A stretch of 64,000 nucleotides of DNA from the NCBI GenBank assembly GCA_049999805.1, contig JBNGIO010006303.1:17895-81894 (forward strand), read 5' to 3'. A program made the translations under genes and the position numbers. Under the pieces are notes generated by a model. That model did not search any database. It was not told the DNA's origin and worked only from the letters and a program-made list of their open reading frames with translations. Below, piece after piece: positions 45,056 to 54,627 of this stretch; positions within the stretch are counted from its first letter, which is position 1, and every line of letters begins with the position of its first letter. The stretch is from Folioceros fuciformis. Lineage: Eukaryota.

Positions 45056-48000
45056 ATGAATGGGAACGGGGAATTGCATATTCCGTTGCTCCGGAAGCAG
45101 AATGGATCTTCAGGGTCGGGGGGCCGCGAGATCGTGGAATTGCAGGTGGAACTGTTGGCTAACGGGGCGGGGATTGAGGATGCGAACGGAAACGGGGAGC
45201 GTGTGAAGAAGAGGAGGGATGGGGCCGCGCAGCATGTGATCTCTTTGTTTGGTGAATGTCCCTCGCTGGGGCCTCTTCTTCCTATCGATCCGTTTCGGAA
45301 CCACACTCCGGAAATTGACGGCCTGTACGAGTGGGCGAAGACGGTCATTTGCCTGCCGATTCTGCTGGTCAGAGTGCTACTAACTATGGTGGTGGTGATC
45401 GTCGGCTTGGTGGGCACCAAGCTGGCTCTGGCTGGATGGGAGCAGAAGCAGGAAGCTATGCCCTTGTGGCGGTACAGGCTAATGAGTGTTGCAAGAGGCT
45501 GCGCCCGCTGCATCCTTTTCTGCTTTGGGTTAGTTTTGCGCCTGCTCCTTACATCGTCTGTGAAAGGCTTCTTGATTGAAATGTACACGGAGGAAGTGTG
45601 CAGGCTCTGACTTAAGAGCGTCGTCTTGTTCGCAGCTTTCATTGGATTCGGATATTGGGGAGCCCTGCACCTAGGGAGGTTGCTCCGATAGTTGTGTCGA
45701 ATCATGTGTCCTTTGTTGACCCCATCTTTTTCTTTTACGCGCTGTTTCCAAGCATGGTCAGCTCCAACTCGCATGACAGCATTATCTTCGTAGGAATGAT
45801 CATCAGATCTATGCAGGTAAGGGGCGTGGGAAAGTAGGGAAATTGGAGCTTGGAGGATGTGTGGGTAGGCTCCTGGTTAGAGTCCAAACGCGATGGGTCC
45901 CTTTTTTTCGCTTGCGCATGGTCCAAAGAGGCCGGTGGTATGAATCTGAGGAGGAGTAATGTGGACCTGTTGCAATGGCAGATGATTCTTGTTGACAGGC
46001 TTGACCCAGCTTCAAGGAGAAAGGCTGGTCTGGAGATTAAGGTACTCTTAACTCATCCTAGTGTTTGGAAATGGGGCACCCCATTCCCAACCCATTCCCT
46101 GCCTAAGGGATACTCCCCTCTCACCTGGGATTGGTTGGTTTTGGTTACTACTCGGAACCTATGCAAGAACTCACGACGTGGTGCGCTCAAGCACATAATT
46201 GCAGAGAAGAGCTTTAAGCGATGACTTCCCTCGAGTGCTGCTCTTTCCAGAGGGTACAACCACTAATGGCAGGGCTTTGATATCATACAAGCTAGGAGCC
46301 TTCGGGCCTGGGCTTCCAGTACAACCTGTTGTTGTGCGCTATCCCTTTGTCCACTTCGACTGCTCCTGGTACATGGCATTTGGGTTTCCCTCGTCACTTA
46401 AAGTGCTGAATTGGTACCTCAGTTATGAAGCGATTAGTCTAGTTGTTCTGACAATCAGTCGTCTCTGACGCAGGGGTAATACTTCACTTTTCAAACTTGT
46501 GTTCCGAATGCTGACACAGTTCAACAACTTCATGGAGGTATCTTCACGGTTTAGAAGTATGCCTAGGATTGTACATGTTGTCACCGCGGCCGCTGGTGTG
46601 TTATGTTAACACAGTAGATATGTCAAAGAGAAATTCGTACTCCACCATGTTGCCTCCACTCAGATCTGAGTGGTCATGCCTGACATCCAGGTCGAGTACC
46701 TTCCAGTCATGTTTCCATCGGCTAAAGAGAAGGAAAATCCAGCAGAATTTGCTGCAAGGGTATGTGCTCCACCTTGTTTGACAAGTTCCTACGATCCAAT
46801 TGAGGGACAAAGTCTCACTGGGAAAAAAATGTGCATCTGCACAGGTCCGATATGAGATGGCTAGATCTCTCAATGTTCCGGAGACTGAGCATACATATGG
46901 TGACTTGATGCTAGCTGTCAAAGCAACGGAGCTGAAGATGGTAAGCTGCATACCGAAGAGTGCAAAAATGTACATGTAGCGCATACCGAAGAGGTGATTT
47001 TCTTTCTGGTGTCTTCTCCAGTCTTCGGCTTTTTCTTCCATGGTGGAGATGGGTCGTATGGAAAAGGTACCTTCCTTAGTCGTCCAGATGCATTCCAGTG
47101 ATATCTGTTGCTTGAAGTTTGCAACAGCCAGAACGTGATCGATCCATGTTTTCTGTCGACTAGCTTTTCAACCTGTCCACAAAGGAGGTGAAGGGTTATC
47201 TGGACAAGTTTGTTGCAATGGACTCCACTTGCAGGCAGCTTCTGTTGCTCTTCATACACTGTGCTGCAATCTTGCTATAATATTACGTTCCTACGAGGTA
47301 ACGGCAGTTGCTTTTGTTCCAATCAACAGTGGCTATGTCAATCTCGATCAATTTCTGGAGGCACTCGATCTTCCAAAGACTGACTTCTCTGAAGAGGTGA
47401 CTGTCCCTGTCCGGGAAGCCCGTTTCCTTTCTTGCCATTCACTGAATTTGCTGATTAACACGTTGTCTGTGGTGGAAGATGTTCTGCTTATTCGACACAT
47501 CTGGCCGAGGCTTTATATATTTCCGGGAGGTATGCTCCACCTGGACACTAGTCTCCCATTGCAGTTGGCTGAGGAACACTCTCCAAAATTCGATATTCAC
47601 AAAGCCATGTGGGTTGTCCAATTTTGCAGTTCGTAGCAGTCTTGGCATTCCTATCAAGACATTCTGCCTTTTCCAGCGCGATGAAGATGGCCTTTGATGC
47701 ATGTGATCTGCAAAAGGATGGTTCTGTGACGCTCAAAGAGGTTGAAATCTGTTATCCCTGAACTCTTCTTCCATGTAAAGTATCACCTCTGCACTAACGA
47801 TCTTAGAGTGCCCGCTTCTGTGTTGCAGTTGGAGTCAAGCCTTAGATTAGTCTTCCCGTCAATATCAAGCACAAAGGTACCATGAGTGCTTTTGCTCCTC
47901 CTTTCGTTGACCTTCCTTGTTCATCTTTCGTTACAGGGATCCCGTTCCATTCAGGTACAACACATTTTCCAAAAGCTGGATGTCGATGGTGATAATTCTA

Positions 48001-48086
48001 TCAGCTGGGAGGAGTTCAAACTGTTTTGCGAAAGGAATCCTGAGCTGCTAACTGTATTTGTTGCAGCCTCATCTAGTTCGTCGTAG
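45056..48086 (+). CDS. LPEAT2: Lysophospholipid acyltransferase LPEAT2-like with C-terminal EF-hands
   Basis: Motifs DPFRNHTPEIDGLYEWAK, VSNHVSFVDP (HX4D), LFPEGTTTNG, VQPVVVRYP, and the EF-hand DVDGDNSISWEEF. Confidence 0.9.
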
Positions 48087-48254
48087 GTCGTCAACCTTAG
48101 TATGGACCTTGTATAGATTTCTTGGGGTTTGTATCTATAGATAATTCCTGACAAATAGATCATCATATAACAGACTACGAAAAAGATCTTACCCTGCTAA
48201 ATCAAACTTTGTTTTTGTTATTTACAAATACTGCACATTTTAAAGTATAGAACA

Positions 48255-48327
48255 GGTCGCGTGGCCTAATGGATAAGGCGCTCGCCTCCGGAGCGGGAGA
48301 TTGCGGGTTCGAGTCCCGCCGTGATCG
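48255..48327 (+). tRNA. tRNA-Arg (CCG)
   Basis: 73 nt. Acceptor stem GGTCGCG/CGTGATC, D-arm TGGCCTAATGGATAAGGC, anticodon arm CTCGC-CTCCGGA-GCGGG, T-loop GGTTCGAGTCC, with T-runs downstream. Confidence 0.95.
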
Positions 48328-48399
48328 CGTCACTCTTCACCGACAACAAAATTTAACGGTTTCGTCTTTTTAGAAAGAAAGTTTTAATTAAAAAGTAAT

Positions 48400-50050
48400 T
48401 CACTAGTGATCAAAGATCATGGTTATTCAGATATGAATAAATATTCATAATTTTCTTTCTTACAGAAGTTATCTATAACCCAAAAGAATCTTTTATTTAT
48501 TTTAGAAAAACAGATGGAAAACCATCTATCCTAGAGAGGAGATAAACCATGAGAAGACACTAGTGACTAATCCAAACTCTAATGATTATCAATAGCACCA
48601 AAAACATAGTTGGTAGTGTGAGAAAAGCTATTACTCACGCAATTGAAAAATAGTTCATTAATTATCAAAGATAAGGATTATGTATTTTAGGATCGTCGTT
48701 CAGTGTTTAGCTTTGTAATAACTCTTCTTTTTTTATTTCACATTATTTTTCTTAATTATTAACATGTACATTGTGTTCTTGATTGCTAACAAGGGGAACA
48801 CATAGGCAACCAAACAGTCTAGTATCGTGTTTTAAGAGGACGCTCTTCCAAATTCTGAACGAAGGAATGGGGTAAATTTAAGAGGACGCTCTTCCAAATT
48901 CTGAATGAAGGAATGGGGTAAATGGGAGGATTCTTATTGATATGTAAATTGAAAAAAATAGGGTTCTTGGGAACAAGGAAAGGTGCTTGTAGGTTTTTCT
49001 CTTAAGCAAGACACTACAAGAGCAAGCAAGCCCAAGCAAAAACTCATCAATAGTAGAGAAAGTTGATGGTGTGATTCAAAAAAACCTAAACACACAGCTA
49101 CCAAAAGCTGGGAGCTCACACTCTTGCGTAAGCAAGAGCACGAGCGAGCTTGAATCAAGTGAGGGATAGAAGAGTCTCTAAAAAGAGTGAGTTTGCTCTT
49201 GCATGTACTACTTCTAAAGGAGGAATGCTTAATCCCTTAGATCTCTAATACGGGAAGTGATGGAAAATGAGGCATGGCAACCCTTTCCTCAATCAAAAGA
49301 GAGCCCCTTGTGGATTTTAGGGATGCTTGCAAAGGAAAGCACCTTGTTCTACACCACAAATGAAAGATTCCAATTTGTGGAAATCCTCCTATAAAGCCTA
49401 GATGAGGGCTAACATAAGCCAACTTCCATTTGATGAGTAGCCCTAAGCTCCCCAATAGGATGAGGAGAGATGCTTCTCGCATTACTCTATCCCTCAACAC
49501 CACATTTAAAAGTTTCATATCCATAACAAACTGCATCCACAAACCACCATAATCTTCGTCCCCAAGCCTTTCAAAACTAAGCAAGAGTATCGGAGAAGGG
49601 AGCAAAACCTCGGGTGGCACACTAAACATGAAGGAAGTATCCCAAAGGCCTCACATGGGTCCTCTAATTTGGAAGTGGCGGCAATCTACACAAGCCATAT
49701 CTTCCTTGAGAGCTGCCAACACAAACTCCTAATTAAAGGAAGGAAGCCCCACCGAGACATAAAGCACGAAGAGGCCTTGCTTGGAGACAATTTCACCCTT
49801 AAGGAAAACTCTGCACTTGAAAATCTTCAATCTCAATCCAAGACAAGGTACTTGTGAAGAGAAAAGCTCAATGCTTCCTCAAGTAACTCAACATAGCTTG
49901 TCTTAGCCTAAGACAATGGCCCTACTTTATTTTGTGGAGATCCATTCATGTGTTGTAGTTGTTGCTGCGAGACTATGAGAAACTGAAGTCTCGCTGTCAC
50001 CGAAAGAATGGCAAGGCATGATCCTTGAGGCATCAAATCCGTTTTTGTCT
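48400..50050 (-). mobile_element. AT-rich island, probably decayed retroelement remnant
   Basis: Sharp drop in GC relative to the flanking genes and broken reading frames with weak LINE-ORF2-like character. No diagnostic motif was found. Confidence 0.3.
48831..48922. repeat. 46-bp tandem duplication
   Basis: TTTAAGAGGACGCTCTTCCAAATTCTGAA(C/T)GAAGGAATGGGGTAAA x2. Confidence 0.95.
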
Positions 50051-50456
50051 CTGGACTTCCACTCGTGGTCGAGAGGTACACCATCTAAAGTGACCTGATA
50101 GATATCTAAGTACAGTGCGTATGATGTGCACGGATACGAGTACATACAGTATGAAGTAAGTATGTATTTTGGAGAGAGGAGAGTGGTGTGATACGTAGTG
50201 CGATGGAGGCGGCCCCGAGCTGGGTGTGATGTACAGTACAGCAAAGTGAGCATCCATCAATTGTTGCCGTAAAAAGAATGCCAAGACGGGCCGGGCCGCA
50301 TGGCGATGTCCAAACGTCAATAAAAGGAAGGCGATCGCTCAGGCTAGAGCTGAGGCTGAAACAGAGACGGAGGGGGCTTGATGATCCTTCTGCTCTCCCG
50401 GAGGCAAGCACCGATGCGGCAGAGTTGTTGCATTGGCGGCATCGCAGCTCGGCAAG

Positions 50457-51923
50457 ATGCTGAAATGCATTCGCATTCGCTCGGCCACGAGTGGCAGCGG
50501 CAGCGGAAGCAGGTCCAAATCCTTCCAGAAGACGGTGGTTCTGAAGCCCTTGCGGCTGGGCCGCCCGGACGTGGGATGCTGCGGGGAGCTTGCGGTGGCC
50601 ACCAGCTGCCAGGACGGCATCTCTTGTTCCACCCCGGGATCCAGCTCCACCTCCAGCTCGGGCTGCCGCGATCCGGCCCTGGGATGCCGTGATCCGGCCC
50701 TGGAATGCCAGTGCCCGTCCCTCAACTCCCTCCCGGACGAGGTGTTGCGGGAGATCCTTGCCCGGGTTCCACTCCCGCCCCTGCTCCCGCTCCGGGCCGT
50801 GTGCCGGGCGTGGGATCGGCTGATCCTGGAGGACGCGCGGGTGGAGCTGGTGGCGGGATCCTTGGGAGCCAGCTTCCTCCGCGCGGTGCACACCCGGGAT
50901 GGGAAGATGCTGGCCCTGGCCTACAACCCCGTGCTGCGGGTGGCGGCCAAGGGGCCCGTGGCGCTGCATGCGTCCGCGGTTGATTTTGGCCACTTCATCG
51001 CCTCTGCCGGGAGCCTGCTCTTCTACGGGAACTTCAACAACTGCGCCCCGGTGTGCCGGATCACGGTCTCCAACCCGCTCTCCAACGCCTGGCGCCGCCT
51101 GCCGCTCCTCGCGGACGGGCCAACTCTGCTCTCCTTCCCGGTCTTCCGGCGGATCACGGTCTGGAGCACCGGGGAGGTCGGGGCCCGGAGGAGGGGGATG
51201 TACCGGATCTTGGTGATGAAGTTCAGATGGCACTTCCAGACTCACATCTACTGCTCCATTGCGGATTCCTGGCGGCCGTGCCCGAGTATTCCCCTCTGCG
51301 GCTACGATTTCTTCACATCCACGGGCCCCTGCGTTGGGGGATTCGCCTTCTATGTGGTGGGGAGCAGTATTCGGGATGTGAAGTCGTGGTCCATCTGGGC
51401 GTTTGATCTCGAGTGCGAGGCCTGGTTCAACTTCACGGTGCCCACCACGATGCTGGACGGGGTGGTATCCTATGTACTCATCGAGTGTTTGGGGAGGCTT
51501 GTGCTGGTGGCCAGGTGCGGGATTGTGGATTGGGAGAAGAGGTGCATTCATCTTGATGGGGTGCGCTTGTGGAAGCTCAGCCTCACAAGGAAGAGGAATG
51601 GGTCGACCGATCCCGGGAAGACGCTGGCTGGGCACTCGTGGGCGAAGCTCGGGGAGATGCCACAGGAGTTTGTCCCACTTTACTCGTTGTCCTTCTCTAA
51701 ACGTCATTGGTGGCATCCCACCCTGGAGCTCAAAGACTGCACAGTGGTGTCCAATTGCATCTTTTTCCTCAAAGGCCGCAGCCACGGAGCGGATGCTATC
51801 GTGTTTGATTACATTGATAAGTCCTGGAGTGTGCCGGACAGGGATTTGGTCCATCCTCCTCGAGGCTGCCGGATGTACGACCCCGGATTCTGCCTCATTC
51901 CCAATGCCGATATCATGCCTTAG
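50457..51923 (+). CDS. F-box protein with kelch/FBA-like C-terminal domain, intronless
   Basis: F-box LNSLPDEVLREILARVPLPPLLPLRAVCRAW, then AYNP, VSNPLSNAWRRLP and AFDLECEAW. Confidence 0.88.
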   Translation: MLKCIRIRSATSGSGSGSRSKSFQKTVVLKPLRLGRPDVGCCGELAVATSCQDGISCSTPGSSSTSSSGCRDPALGCRDPALECQCPSLNSLPDEVLREILARVPLPPLLPLRAVCRAWDRLILEDARVELVAGSLGASFLRAVHTRDGKMLALAYNPVLRVAAKGPVALHASAVDFGHFIASAGSLLFYGNFNNCAPVCRITVSNPLSNAWRRLPLLADGPTLLSFPVFRRITVWSTGEVGARRRGMYRILVMKFRWHFQTHIYCSIADSWRPCPSIPLCGYDFFTSTGPCVGGFAFYVVGSSIRDVKSWSIWAFDLECEAWFNFTVPTTMLDGVVSYVLIECLGRLVLVARCGIVDWEKRCIHLDGVRLWKLSLTRKRNGSTDPGKTLAGHSWAKLGEMPQEFVPLYSLSFSKRHWWHPTLELKDCTVVSNCIFFLKGRSHGADAIVFDYIDKSWSVPDRDLVHPPRGCRMYDPGFCLIPNADIMP

Positions 51924-53014
51924 CTTCTGCTTCTCCCACAAGTCACTCCAAGTGTGGATTCCTTTGCCTCCTTTGCCTTGTGTCCACCCGTTCAAGCCCA
52001 GCAGAACAGTGGTGGGTAGGTGTGGCAAACTCGTGCTCTCATCTTTTATTTCTCGTTTCACTTACTCTCAATGCATCACTCGCCTTCTGACACCTGTCTC
52101 AAACTGTTTCCTTAGGCAGGTTTCTGTTGCTTCCACAGGGGTGGCTCTTTTCTCTACTTTAAGAGGCTGCGCGTTGGGCATCTCAGTTCACGACCACACT
52201 CAAAATCTCCTGCACTGTGTGTTTGAGCCTATGAGGTGTCGAAACTTGGCTGTCTCTTGCTCTTTGCAACAAGATGCCCATGTGGACATTCAGCTAGTTC
52301 TGTTTCATGCAGTCCCTGGCAGGCTGTTATTGTGTCTCTCCGGAGATGTTCCAAGCCTAATGCTTGGTGTTCGCCGCAGAAGTAGGAAGGTTTTCGCTCT
52401 TCTCAGAGAGCAGGAGGAACGAGTGTCTTCCCCGCCTCATCTAACTACATCGGAGAGGAGGCTGCAGCCTCCGTCTAGTTCTCTTCCGGGGGCCAAATCC
52501 CATCTCGTGATGTACATTCAGTCCCAAGTGCTGTCACACGCTCATAGCCTCCGTCAGTCCGCCCACCATCCTTGAATATCATAAAGTATCATACATGTTC
52601 CGTTGCGAATGCACGTGGCCACCTACGCATATGCAACTCTTCCCTCTACTGTGCACAATCGCCGGAGCACGTGGGGAACGTCCTGGCAAGCGCCAACGGC
52701 ACGACAGGGCAAGGGACGGTGGAACGAGGGCCGGCCCGTGGAGCTGGCGGGCCCTGATGGGGTCCATGGCGGAGGCGGCCAAATAGTGTTTGTGACTGAC
52801 GAGACAAAGTTTGCACTGACCCCGGCGCAGCCTGCTTGTGATGGTGGCTCTGGCGGCAGCATCTGGTGACAGTTTCATCTCTTATCACGTCGTGGCAGGC
52901 CTGGCAATTTGCAAACCGCGCCAGGCACTTTCAGAGCAGCGAGTTCACGTCCAGCATATGTCGTAAGATTCTTCGAGCTTGAGAAGACGCAGCATATGGT
53001 TCTACTTCGCTTGG

Positions 53015-53192
53015 TGAGTGTGATGAGAGGCTGGTTCTACTGCGTTTGATGTGTGACAGGAGGCTGGCTCTACTGCGTGAGTGTGATGAGAGGCTGGTTC
53101 TACTGCGTTTGAGTACGATGGGAGGCTGGTTGTACTGCGTTTGAGTAATATGGGAGGCTGGTTGTACAGCGTTACAGTCTGAAGAGAGGCTG
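53015..53192. repeat. Minisatellite of about 32 bp, 5-6 copies
   Basis: TGAGTGTGATGAGAGGCTGGTTCTACTGCGTT and variants in tandem. Confidence 0.9.
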
Positions 53193-53447
53193 CACTTGGA
53201 ATCGAGTCCCAACTCGGGAACTTTCACGCTTGCTGCTTCGACGATGTTACGCAATGCAAGAGAAGAAAGTTGTGCATCGGGCCGCGGGCTCCGCCACCTG
53301 CGCATGCTTTTCTCTCCCTTCATTCATGGACGCCCGGATCTGCCGTTGCTCGCACATGCGTCACGGCTATGACTTGACGGGCACCGGCCAGCGTTGCGTT
53401 CATTTCGCTGTGCGCTTCACGAGACCCCGGGACCTTCGGACCGCTCT

Positions 53448-54409
53448 ATGGCGCCCGTTCGCGGCCAGTGCTGCGTTCCTCCGCCTCACTCCGATTACAA
53501 GGGCGTGGGAAGGGAGGAAGTCTGGCCGGAGGAGCGTTCCGTCTACTTGACTGGCTCCCCAGACGCTAAATCGGCTATACTGTTCGTGTCCGACATCTAT
53601 GGTGGAGCCCCGTCCGCTGATCATGGCCGAGTGGAGGAGTGGCTGAAATGGCTGACATGATGGATGCAGCGCTGCTTGTTGTTCCATAGCGAGCTTCACG
53701 ATGGCAGTTTCTGACCGCCTGGACGTTGCACATTCTTGCTTGCGCAGGATGGGAAGTGCCTCAGAGCAGACAACTGGCGGACAAGATTGCCGCCTCGGGA
53801 TATTTCGTCGTACTGCCGGAATACCTCGACGGGGATCCTTACAAGGTGACGAACCCAGACGACGAGTACGACGGCCTCTGGCCGTGGCTGGAGAAGCACT
53901 CCGTGGAAGCTGATCGAGAAAAGATACGCAAGGTGCTGGACCATATCCGCTCGGAGTACAGCTTCAAGGGCGTGGGAGTGGTGGCCTTCTGTCGGGGTGC
54001 CAAGATTTCCATCCCGTTGCTGCCCGATGATGAGGCGGTGCAGGCTGCCGTCTTTTGCCATCCCTCTTTCATCACCTTTGAGGAAATCAACGCAGTAAAG
54101 GTTCCGCTCTCGATTATTGCACCGGAGATTGATATCGTCATCACGCCGGAGGAGAATTTGGCGTTCGGCAAGGCCCTGGAGGAGAGCCCGCTCGTCTCCC
54201 TCAGCAAAGTGAAGGTGTACAAAGACGCCGAACACGGCTTTACCACACGCTACTCCGATCTGGACCCGCCTGCTGTTGCCAGGGCCGAGGAAGCTCACCA
54301 AGATCTCCTGGACTGGCTACACCTCACCTTGCCTCGAGCACCAGAACCAACCATTGGAGACAAGTTCCAGCACCTTTCTACGACCGACGACGACAAGGTC
54401 CAAGTGTAG
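53448..54409 (+). CDS. Dienelactone hydrolase family alpha/beta hydrolase (plant endo-1,3;1,4-beta-glucanase-like)
   Basis: Exon 1 encodes QCCVPP..AILFVSDIY. Exon 2 encodes GWEVP..LADKIAASGYFVVLP, the nucleophile motif AFCRG, EID and HGF. Confidence 0.88.
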
Positions 54410-54627
54410 GGTACAGTACAATCCTTATCTTCCTTTTAGAGGACGGACGACCATGTACTTTGCAGAAAAGTACCTTTTTCAGGGTGTCGCTGCACGCAAA
54501 CGATCCGTGCGGGAAATATGTACGATATTTAATTTTTTTTTAAAAGTGCACCTAAGCTGTCATGATTTTTGTGCGACGTTGTCGTAGTGCGATGTTCCGC
54601 TTGCTCAGGAATCAATTGAAATAATTG

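Noticed and set aside
44881-45774. 297-aa minus-strand ORF
   Set aside because: It is antisense to LPEAT2 exons 1-2 and has no domain signal.
50106-52061. 651-aa minus-strand ORF
   Set aside because: It is the antisense shadow of the GC-rich F-box CDS and has no recognisable domain.
52572-52888. Cluster of short overlapping ORFs
   Set aside because: GC-rich patch with no coherent gene model.
53015-53192. CRISPR-like array
   Set aside because: The units are contiguous with no unique spacers, there are no cas genes, and the context is eukaryotic; it is a minisatellite.
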